Assembly: GCA_031418675.1 (NCBI GenBank) | Contig: JANOXY010000151.1 | Span: 1-34,624, forward strand | Reading direction: 5' to 3' | Source of the DNA: Pseudomonadota bacterium | GTDB taxonomy: Bacteria > Pseudomonadota > Gammaproteobacteria > Ga0077536 | Length of the DNA stretch: 34,624 nt | In this document: one piece after another, positions 18,201 to 24,527 of the stretch | How the letters are laid out: each line of letters starts with the position of its first letter | How positions within the stretch are numbered: the stretch's first letter is position 1 | Program-made: the position numbers and the translations under genes | Notes under the pieces: generated by a model | Databases searched by the model: none | What the model was told of the DNA's origin: nothing | What the model saw: the letters and a program-made list of their open reading frames with translations, nothing else

Positions 18201-18411
18201 TAAGCGATTCGTCAGCGAACATTTCGAGGTCGCCGTCTAGTATGTAGAAGGTAAAGTCGTCGCGGTCGCCCTGTCTGAACAGGGTCTCCTTCTTGCGTAG
18301 CTCGATTACGTCGGATTGGGCAAGCAGGCGCGACTGTCGGTCGGCCGGCAGCTTGTTGAGCGGAACCAGAAAAGCGAACCGAGATTTAAGTGATTCTTGA
18401 TCTACTGCCAT
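15217..18411 (-). CDS. tandem cNMP-binding domains + rhodanese + long coiled-coil protein (paralog A, 1064 aa)
   Basis: CNB-1 (LFRQGDRDDFTFYILDG...AQLQPRQMTAIA), CNB-2 (VIKQGEPGDYYYAVQSG...FGEEALISGARRNATV), rhodanese (WLDVR...LPGSLNIP...YCDTGGRSSAAAFLLAERGF), Pro/Ala linker, then ~675 aa E/A/R/Q-rich helical tail. Confidence 0.92.
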   Translation of the reverse strand: MAVDQESLKSRFAFLVPLNKLPADRQSRLLAQSDVIELRKKETLFRQGDRDDFTFYILDGDLEMFADESLIKRVSGGEGASFQPLAQLQPRQMTAIAKTKANVLRVRRSLLEQLLSLDSPVDGDNGIPSGVEVEEMEAGQSGDWLMTLLQSELFTRIPPSNIQGLLDTLEAVSVAAGDEVIKQGEPGDYYYAVQSGTCEVVRKGSNKREIRLAELGPGDTFGEEALISGARRNATVRMTSAGELARLTKADFTRLVKAPLLNQVDRAEAERLVAAGARWLDVRFEDEHAHNGLPGSLNIPLGVLRTRAGELDNSGRYVAYCDTGGRSSAAAFLLAERGFEVCFVEDGALAEPTPVAGPPATAREAPGLTAPVVSAVAPVVVAAPPPADAVLEAAARASSLGAEVAKADLTIEQAQKMMAEAQAMKAEAEQYVAEKLERERARLAAEFSALERKMAEAESLKNALAERERAAQTEAIRQQAEVQAREQAKRAEAERRESEVAAHELAVRMEIERQQATSARDQNARAELERRQAETLAREQAARAELERLQTEAATREHAARAELERLQVDAATREQAARAELERQQAEVAAREQASRLELERRQAEAASREQAAQIALAAQQAEIAAQARLHEEALAARAQELQQRMESEAALLNARLAEAEQLKADLAERQREAARAESARQRLVEEQLRIQQEALELDEKLAEVEQLKADLERQQRSSAAEAASRQRLQEQQQRIEREAELLTTRLAEAEKLKATLLTQQALAEEAVAREHAEVDKRLEELERAAALRLQDEERRLAELYQQQADKLESMQAGREAELRDALRKELASERHKFELAVSHATTELDRAREERAAAIAAKEATAADAQHTIAEYKRQQQNLLAEQQALFAREREKLRAEAERIEKLKTEAVRARKEAEAFKVAAERELAAARSRKAAAESAATAREIDSHISEIEERASAASRELAQAIEAESAIVNAAEEHEDELERTYNTATEINQLLHKELKDWVGEQDDAQESHLQREILSRQKDMVDRIRARAAAAKAQQKQQAQSMLDEIRSQLTPRS
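16090..16452 (-). repeat. ~135-bp (45-aa) tandem repeat in paralog A, ~2.7 copies
   Basis: LNARLAEAEQLKADL..., LDEKLAEVEQLKADL... and LTTRLAEAEKLKATL... are spaced exactly 45 aa apart. Confidence 0.75.
16522..17001 (-). repeat. 54-bp (18-aa) tandem repeat in paralog A, ~9 copies
   Basis: ARAELERRQAETLAREQA / ARAELERLQTEAATREHA / ARAELERLQVDAATREQA / ARAELERQQAEVAAREQA / SRLELERRQAEAASREQA, plus more diverged flanking units. Confidence 0.9.
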
Positions 18412-18450
18412 GAGGCGCTCGTTGTTGAAAAACCCGCTTTTTGGCGCGGA

Positions 18451-18657
18451 TCAGGCGTCGAGATCGGGGATTAGCTGGCTTTTCCAGCGCGCGATCTGGT
18501 CCTTGAGCTGCAGCTTGCGCTTCTTCATGCGACGCAGTAGCAGCTGGTCCACATCGATACGACTCGACAGTGTATTGACTACTTCGTCCAAATCACGGTG
18601 CTCAGTTTGCAATTCCAGAATACGGCGCTGGATGGACTTTATCTCCTCGGTGACCAC
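18451..18657 (-). CDS. DUF465/YdcH family small coiled-coil protein
   Basis: ELQTEHRDLDEVV...LLLRRMKKRKLQLKDQIARW...IPDLDA is the DUF465 signature. GTG start at 18657 with GGGA upstream; 39 bp gap to paralog A. Confidence 0.88.
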   Translation of the reverse strand: MVTEEIKSIQRRILELQTEHRDLDEVVNTLSSRIDVDQLLLRRMKKRKLQLKDQIARWKSQLIPDLDA

Positions 18658-18859
18658 GACTCGCTTCCCGGGCTGGCTGAACTGCCAACATTCTACGCTG
18701 ATTCGATTAGCGCGCGGACCAGCTGACCAGGCACTGGCGACAGGCTCCAAGGGACAGCCGTTTCCAGGGGCAGCCATGATTACAAACCCAGGCTGGGCGT
18801 CACCAGGCAAGTGTGGGGCAGCCAAAGTCGGTCACAGATCTGCGCGCCGGATCGCGGGA

Positions 18860-18881
18860 GATCGTGATCCGGTTCACATTT
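18860..18881. promoter_or_regulatory. CRP/Vfr binding site in the divergent promoter region
   Basis: gatCGTGAtccggtTCACAttt: 9/10 match to the core TGTGA-N6-TCACA and 16/22 to the full consensus AAATGTGATCTAGATCACATTT. Intergenic, between divergent cNMP-binding genes. Confidence 0.75.
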
Positions 18882-19007
18882 GGGTTGGACCGAAGACGAA
18901 CCGCTGCCGCTCTAGGAATAGCCTTATGAACCATGGTCGTCCTGATTTTGTGGGCGGACGGCCGGAGAACAACAATAGCCCCGCGCTCGCTACCCCCTGT
19001 GACCCAC

Positions 19008-22000
19008 ATGTCGGCACTGGAACCTAAATTCGAAACCCTGATCGACACCCTGGTGCCGCTTGCTGCACTGTCGGCGGCGAGCCGGACGCAGCTGCTTGAT
19101 CAGGCCGAAGTGTTGCGCTTTCGGCGCGGGGACATCCTGTTCAAGGAAGGTGACCGCGACACCTACACCATGTACCTGCTCGAAGGCCGGCTCGAATTGC
19201 GCAGCGGTGGCCAGATTGTGCAGCGTCTCAGTGGTGGTACGTCCACAGCCGCCCACCCCATTGCCCAGCTGCAGCCGCGCAAGATGACCGCCAGGGCCGA
19301 GACCCAGGTCGCGGTGTTGCGTGTAGCGCGTGATCTGCTCGACCGCCTGACAGCAGCCGACGGCACCGGCAATTACTGCTCGGTGCAGGTTAACGAGCTC
19401 GACGCCAGCGACGAGGACGACGGCGATTGGATGACGCGCATGCTGCAGTCAAAACTGTTCTCGCGCCTGCCCGCTTCGAACATCCATCGCATTTTCACCC
19501 TGTTCGAGGAATTTGACGTTCGCGAAGGTGAAGAAATTGTCAGTCAGGGCGACCCGGGTGACTACTACTACATCATCGCCCAGGGCCGCTGCGAGGTGAT
19601 GCGTAGTGCCGGCCCCGGCGCGCCCGGTTATCGATTGGCGCTGATCGGGCCAGGGGACGCTTTTGGCGAAGAAGCACTCGTGGCTGGGTCAAATCGCAAT
19701 GCGACCGTGCGCACGCTGTGTGATGGTCAGCTAGTGCGCCTACCCAAAGAAGCCTTCGCAGAATTGATTCAAAAGCCTTTGTTAAGCGGGGTGAACCTCG
19801 AGCAGGGTGAAAATATCCTGGCGACCAAACCGGCCGTGTGGCTCGATGTGCGCTTCCCTGAAGAGCATCAGCGCGACGGTGTGCAGGGCAGCGTCAACTA
19901 TCCGCTGAATACCCTGCGCATGCACTCCGGTCGGCTCGATACTGAGCTTACTTATGTCGTTTACTGTGATACCGGCACGCGCAGCGCGGTAGCCGCCTTT
20001 CTGCTCGCTGAGCGCGGATTTGATGTCCACTATCTCGAAGGTGGACTGATGCGCTACGACATGTTGCCAGCGGCGGCACTCGACCTCAGTGTGCACGACG
20101 GTGACAGCGACTCAGTGACGGCGCCCGTGCCGACCTCGCAAAAGACCGCGCGCGAACTCGGTAGCGACCCTGCGACGCAGGCCGCTGCGTTGAGTGTCGA
20201 ACTTGCCATTACCGATATCCGCATCGCCGATGCCAATGCGGCCATCGCGGGAGCACAGCATGACGCGCGCGATGCAGCCGCGGAGGCCTTGCGCATCGCC
20301 ACCGATCTCGCGCGCCGCGAGGCCGAACTCGAAGCCGGGCAGAAGATTGAAGCCGAGCGCCAACGTATCGCTGCCGAAATGGAGCGCGAGCGGGCCGAGG
20401 TGGAGCGTCGCACCGCCGAAAAACTGCGCGCCGAAAAGAAACGCATTCAAGCCACGGCGGTAGCGGCCCACCGCGAACTGACCGAAGCCCAGCGCCTGAA
20501 AGCCGAAATTGAACAAGCGCGTGTTGAAGTGCAGGCCGCTGCCGTGGCCGCTGCCCAGGGCGACGCGATCGAAGCACGCCGTTTGAAGGACGAGCTGGAG
20601 CAGGCGCGCAGCGCCGCCGAAGCCGCCGCCGCCGCCCATGCTGCACGCGAGCAAGCCGACCGCGAACGACTCACGGCCGAAGTTGAGCGCGCTCGTCTCG
20701 ACGCACAGGCAGCGGCGTCGGCCGCCGCCGCCGCTGCGCAACGCGAGGCCCAGGAAGCCCAGCGCCTCAAGGAGGAAGTGGAGAAGGTAAGAGCCGCCGC
20801 TGAAGCCGCCGCCGCGACCCATGCGGCGCGCGATCAGGTCAAGACCGCGCGTCTGCTGGCGGAAATTGAACAAGCTCGGGCGGAGGCCGAAGCCGCTGCC
20901 ACGGCTGCCGCCGCGGCGACTGCACGCGAGGCCCAGGAAGCGCGCCGCCTCAATGAGGAGCTCGAACGGGTGCGGGCCGAAGTGGAAGCCTCGGCTTCCG
21001 CCCTCGCCGCCCGCGATCAGATCGAAAGTGCTCGTCTGCGCGCCGAAATAGAACGCACGCGTGCTGAAGCCGAGGCGGCCGTCGCTGCTGCTGCCGCTGC
21101 CGCCGAGCGCGAGACCATCGCAGCACAGAACCTGAAAGAAGAGCTGGAGCGTGCGCGCCTGGAAGCAGAGACGAGCGCCGCCATCATGGCGGAGCGCGAA
21201 GCCCGCGAATCACAACGCCTGAAAGAAGAACTCGAGCTTGCGCGTGCGCAGGCCCACGCCGCCGCCAACGCGGCAGCCGCGGCCGCTGAGCGGGAAGCGG
21301 CACAAACCCAACGCATGCGCGAGGAGCTTGAGCGCGCCCATGCCGAGGCCCAGGCCCGTGCGGCTGCTGCCGCCGAGCGCGACCACGCCGAAGCCGCTCG
21401 CCTCAAAGCCGAAATCGAACGCGCCCATGCTGAGGCCGAAGCGCTCGCTAGCGCTGCGGCGGAACGCGAACGTGCCGACGCCGAGCGCATGCGTATTGCC
21501 CTTGAACAGGCGCGCGCCGAAGCAGCACAGCGCGAACTGGCTGAAGCGCAACGTATCAAGGCTGAGATCGAACGGGCCAAAGCGGAAGCCGATGCCGCCG
21601 TACAGCGCGAACGCGACGCGCAGCGCGAACGGGTTGAGCAGGTGCGCGCCGAAATGGAGCGCCGCTTGGCGGAAGAAGAACGTAAGTTGCGTGAGAGTTA
21701 TGCCTGGCAGGCGGAAGAGCTCAAGCGTCTCAAGAGTCAGAAAGCCGACGCCGAAGTGCGGCTGCGCGAGGAACAGGAGCGTTTGCGCCTGCAGGCGGAA
21801 GAATCGCGCGTACGCCTGGCCGAGGCTCGTGATTACCAGCGCCGTCTGGAAGAAGTCCAAGAAGCCAGTGCCCGCGAAACCGAAATGCGTGAGCAACAGC
21901 AGCTCGCGCTTGAGCGCAGGTTGCGCGAAGAACTCCGTCACAAAGTAAAAGACGAACGTCGCCAGCTCGAAGAGGAGCTGGCCCGCAACGCCGGCGAACT

Positions 22001-22649
22001 CGACCGCGCGCGCCGCGAGCGCGACGCGGCCGAAGCCGCACGGCTCGCCGCCGCTGCCGAAGCAGAGCAAATTGTGTCCGAATTCAAGGACGCCCATGCC
22101 CGCAAGCGGATGCAGGAAGAAGCCGAAATGCGCTTCGAACGCGAGCGACTGGAAGCCGACGCTCGGCGCTTGCGCTTGGCACTCGAACTTGCGCAGCGCG
22201 AAAAGCAGGCGGCACTGGAACAGCAGCGCGCGATCGAAACGGAAATCGCAGACCGCCAGCGCACCGCCGCTGACAGTGATACTGCCGCGGCTTCCGATTT
22301 ACTCGCGTTGCAAGCGCAGGCCCAAACCCTCGCGGAGCAGATCGCGGCCAATGATCGTGCGCAAGCCGACGCCCAGGCCGCGGCAGTGACGTCGGCGGGT
22401 GATCTGGCTGCGCATCGCATCCATGAAGAGCAGGTGCGGGCCGAACTCAAGCGCGAAATTGACGATTGGCTACAAGAGCAGGATGCGGCCGAGAACAATG
22501 TTTCTCAGCGCGGCATCCTCGCCAGCCAGCGCGCCCATCTCGATCGCATAAAACTGCGTGCACAGGCCGTGCGAGCGGCGGCCAAGGCCCACGACCAGGC
22601 GCTCATCAACGAATTGGCCGACAAGCTCAAACGGGGCGAAAGCGACTGA
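19008..22649 (+). CDS. tandem cNMP-binding domains + rhodanese + long coiled-coil protein (paralog B, ~1213 aa)
   Basis: ATG 19008 aligns with the paralog A N-terminus (LVPL motif). CNB-1 (LFKEGDRDTYTMYLLEG...AQLQPRKMTARA), CNB-2 (IVSQGDPGDYYYIIAQG...FGEEALVAGSNRNATV), rhodanese (YCDTGTRSAVAAFLLAERGF), then ~825 aa helical tail. Confidence 0.92.
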   Translation: MSALEPKFETLIDTLVPLAALSAASRTQLLDQAEVLRFRRGDILFKEGDRDTYTMYLLEGRLELRSGGQIVQRLSGGTSTAAHPIAQLQPRKMTARAETQVAVLRVARDLLDRLTAADGTGNYCSVQVNELDASDEDDGDWMTRMLQSKLFSRLPASNIHRIFTLFEEFDVREGEEIVSQGDPGDYYYIIAQGRCEVMRSAGPGAPGYRLALIGPGDAFGEEALVAGSNRNATVRTLCDGQLVRLPKEAFAELIQKPLLSGVNLEQGENILATKPAVWLDVRFPEEHQRDGVQGSVNYPLNTLRMHSGRLDTELTYVVYCDTGTRSAVAAFLLAERGFDVHYLEGGLMRYDMLPAAALDLSVHDGDSDSVTAPVPTSQKTARELGSDPATQAAALSVELAITDIRIADANAAIAGAQHDARDAAAEALRIATDLARREAELEAGQKIEAERQRIAAEMERERAEVERRTAEKLRAEKKRIQATAVAAHRELTEAQRLKAEIEQARVEVQAAAVAAAQGDAIEARRLKDELEQARSAAEAAAAAHAAREQADRERLTAEVERARLDAQAAASAAAAAAQREAQEAQRLKEEVEKVRAAAEAAAATHAARDQVKTARLLAEIEQARAEAEAAATAAAAATAREAQEARRLNEELERVRAEVEASASALAARDQIESARLRAEIERTRAEAEAAVAAAAAAAERETIAAQNLKEELERARLEAETSAAIMAEREARESQRLKEELELARAQAHAAANAAAAAAEREAAQTQRMREELERAHAEAQARAAAAAERDHAEAARLKAEIERAHAEAEALASAAAERERADAERMRIALEQARAEAAQRELAEAQRIKAEIERAKAEADAAVQRERDAQRERVEQVRAEMERRLAEEERKLRESYAWQAEELKRLKSQKADAEVRLREEQERLRLQAEESRVRLAEARDYQRRLEEVQEASARETEMREQQQLALERRLREELRHKVKDERRQLEEELARNAGELDRARRERDAAEAARLAAAAEAEQIVSEFKDAHARKRMQEEAEMRFERERLEADARRLRLALELAQREKQAALEQQRAIETEIADRQRTAADSDTAAASDLLALQAQAQTLAEQIAANDRAQADAQAAAVTSAGDLAAHRIHEEQVRAELKREIDDWLQEQDAAENNVSQRGILASQRAHLDRIKLRAQAVRAAAKAHDQALINELADKLKRGESD
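20493..21600 (+). repeat. alternating 87/96-bp (29/32-aa) tandem repeat forming a 183-bp higher-order unit in paralog B
   Basis: Units starting RLKAEIEQAR, RLKDELEQAR, RLTAEVERAR, RLKEEVEKVR, RLLAEIEQAR, RLNEELERVR, RLRAEIERTR, NLKEELERAR, RLKEELELAR, RMREELERAH, RLKAEIERAH... Four exact 61-aa super-units span 20580-21311. Confidence 0.9.
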
Positions 22650-22664
22650 GTTCCCGCACGGTGC

Positions 22665-23003
22665 TCAATTGCGCGCCGACAAGTCGATGTGGATAGCGCC
22701 ATCGGGGTGATCAAGATGCACCCAGTACGGCCAATTGCCGTGCAAGCAGATCTCGCCGCGACGTCTATCGGCGCCATTGACACTGAATTCGAAGCGAAAT
22801 ACCCGTTCCAGGCGCAGGCCATAGGCGGTGTGGGCCAAGCCCATGCGACGCAGTGCAATGGCCTCATCGAGGCGCTGCACATTGAGATCCTTGCACACTT
22901 CACGGCTGATCATGTCGACCCGGTCATGGGCCTGCATGGACCACCACCAGAGTCCGATGCCAAACGCACCGCAGAACAGCAAGCTTAATTCGGTGACGCT
23001 CAC
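22665..23003 (-). CDS. DUF3301 domain membrane-anchored protein
   Basis: N-terminal TM ending in WWW, then CKDLNVQRLDEAIAL, RVFRFEFSVNGADRRRGEI. Confidence 0.8.
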   Translation of the reverse strand: MSVTELSLLFCGAFGIGLWWWSMQAHDRVDMISREVCKDLNVQRLDEAIALRRMGLAHTAYGLRLERVFRFEFSVNGADRRRGEICLHGNWPYWVHLDHPDGAIHIDLSARN

Positions 23004-23033
23004 GTTGCCGATGATGACAAGGCGAGATGAATC

Positions 23034-23222
23034 TCAATCATCGCCACGCCGAGCCAGCACGTGCACTGCGTCGTCTTCGTCGATGTGTACGGCAAGCGCT
23101 ATTGGGCGGCAGCAGACCTCACAATCCTCGATGTAATCCTGCTCGGTCGCCGAGTGATCGACAAGCACGCTGATCCGCTCGCCGCAGTATGGGCATCGAA
23201 ACCGCTGTTCGCTCTGTTGCAT
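23034..23222 (-). CDS. CPXCG motif cysteine-rich (zinc ribbon) protein
   Basis: CPYCGERISVLVD...QDYIEDCEVCCRPI. Confidence 0.9.
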   Translation of the reverse strand: MQQSEQRFRCPYCGERISVLVDHSATEQDYIEDCEVCCRPIALAVHIDEDDAVHVLARRGDD

Positions 23223-23234
23223 GACAGTCGGCAG

Positions 23235-23717
23235 TCAATCACGGAAATTGGTGAACTGGAATGGAAATCCCAGCTTGGCGTTTTTGATCAGTGCGATGAC
23301 TGCTTGCAGGTCATCACGATTTTTGCCGGTTATGCGTAATTGATTCTGTTGCATCTGAGCCTGGACCTTGAGCTTGCTGTCCTTGATCAGCTTGGTCAGC
23401 TTGCGGCCAGTGTCCGCATCGACACCCTCGCGCACCGTCACCGGCAGACGCGCCTCGGCGATGTTGGAATTGAAGTCACCGACTTCCAGGCAATCGATAT
23501 CGATGCCGCGTTTGGCGAGTCGCGTCTCGAGGATCTCCAGCAGTTGCTTGGCTTGAAACTCACCATCGGCGATGATGGTCAGCTTGTTATCTTCGCGTTC
23601 GACGCGCGCTTTGCTGCCCTTGAAGTCAAAGCGCTGGCCAACTTCTCGATTGGTCTGGTCGACGGCGTTAGTGAGTTCGTGTTTGTCGATTTCGGATACC
23701 ACATCGAACGTAGGCAT
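23235..23717 (-). CDS. yajQ: YajQ family nucleotide/c-di-GMP-binding protein
   Basis: MPTFDVVSEIDKHELTNAVDQ...RFDFKGS...IKDSKLKVQAQ...LRITGKNRDDLQAVI...QFTNFRD. RBS GAGGAGG. Confidence 0.95.
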   Translation of the reverse strand: MPTFDVVSEIDKHELTNAVDQTNREVGQRFDFKGSKARVEREDNKLTIIADGEFQAKQLLEILETRLAKRGIDIDCLEVGDFNSNIAEARLPVTVREGVDADTGRKLTKLIKDSKLKVQAQMQQNQLRITGKNRDDLQAVIALIKNAKLGFPFQFTNFRD

Positions 23718-23797
23718 TGACGGAACCTCCTCTCGGCCGGGGCGGAAGTATAGCGTGTGGGCGTCGCGAGGCGGCGTGTGTCCAGCCATGAGCAGCA

Positions 23798-24487
23798 ATG
23801 ATGTTTGAAGTAATCACCTTCGACCTGGACGACACGCTGTGGGACGCACGACCTGCGCTGCTGCGCGCCGAACAGCTGCAGCACACCTGGATTGTCGCTC
23901 ACGCACCGCGCCTCGCGGCCGCCCACGACAATGAATCCTTACGTCGTTGGCGCTGGGAGTTGGCCAGCAAACGCCCGGACATCGCCCACGATTTCACGGC
24001 ACTGCGCCTGCTTGCATTGCGCGAGCAACTGACCACGTTTGGCTACGATCCGGCGCTTGCTGAGCCCGGCATTGCGCTGTTTGTGCACGAGCGTAGCGTG
24101 GTGACGCTCTACGCCGATGTGCGCCCGGTGCTGGCAGACCTCAGCCGCGATTTCACCCTCGTGGCCTTGACCAATGGCAATGCCGACCTTGAAGTCGCGG
24201 GGGTCAGCCCCTATTTCGCCTTTTGCATCTCACCCGCCGAAGCGGGCGTGCAGAAGCCCGACCCGCGCATGTTCGAAGTCGCACTGGCACGGGCCGGCGT
24301 CAGCGCGGCGCGTGCCGTGCATGTCGGCGACCAGCCGCTGTACGATGTCGAAGGTGCGCGCCGAGCGTCACTCGCCAGTGTGTGGCTGAACCGTGGCGGG
24401 CAAGCATGGCCCGACGACTACGCGCGACCTCAGGCTGAAATTGCCTCCTTGACTGAGCTGCGTGCCGCGCTGGCGCGTATTGTTTGA
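23798..24487 (+). CDS. HAD-IA family hydrolase (YigB-like phosphatase)
   Basis: Motif I FDLDDTLWD, motif II ALTNGN, motif III KPDPRMF, motif IV HVGDQPLYDVEGA. Confidence 0.9.
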   Translation: MMFEVITFDLDDTLWDARPALLRAEQLQHTWIVAHAPRLAAAHDNESLRRWRWELASKRPDIAHDFTALRLLALREQLTTFGYDPALAEPGIALFVHERSVVTLYADVRPVLADLSRDFTLVALTNGNADLEVAGVSPYFAFCISPAEAGVQKPDPRMFEVALARAGVSAARAVHVGDQPLYDVEGARRASLASVWLNRGGQAWPDDYARPQAEIASLTELRAALARIV

Positions 24488-24527
24488 CGGTCTGCACTAC
24501 GACCAGCACAGAGTGATATGAGTACCG

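Noticed and set aside
18410-19048. ORFs 18410-19027 (+), 18800-19048 (-) and the N-terminal extensions of DUF465 (to 18825) and paralog B (from 18933)
   Set aside because: They overlap DUF465 and the regulatory region; family and paralog alignment supports starts at 18657 and 19008.
16522-21600. Tandem DNA repeats considered as a CRISPR array or mobile repeat
   Set aside because: The repeats are in-frame, degenerate at synonymous positions, lack unique spacers and have no cas genes nearby.
20054-22498. Multiple antisense ORFs over paralog B (e.g. 21210-22097 -, 20112-20873 -)
   Set aside because: Same shadow effect from GCC/GAG/CGC codon repetition.
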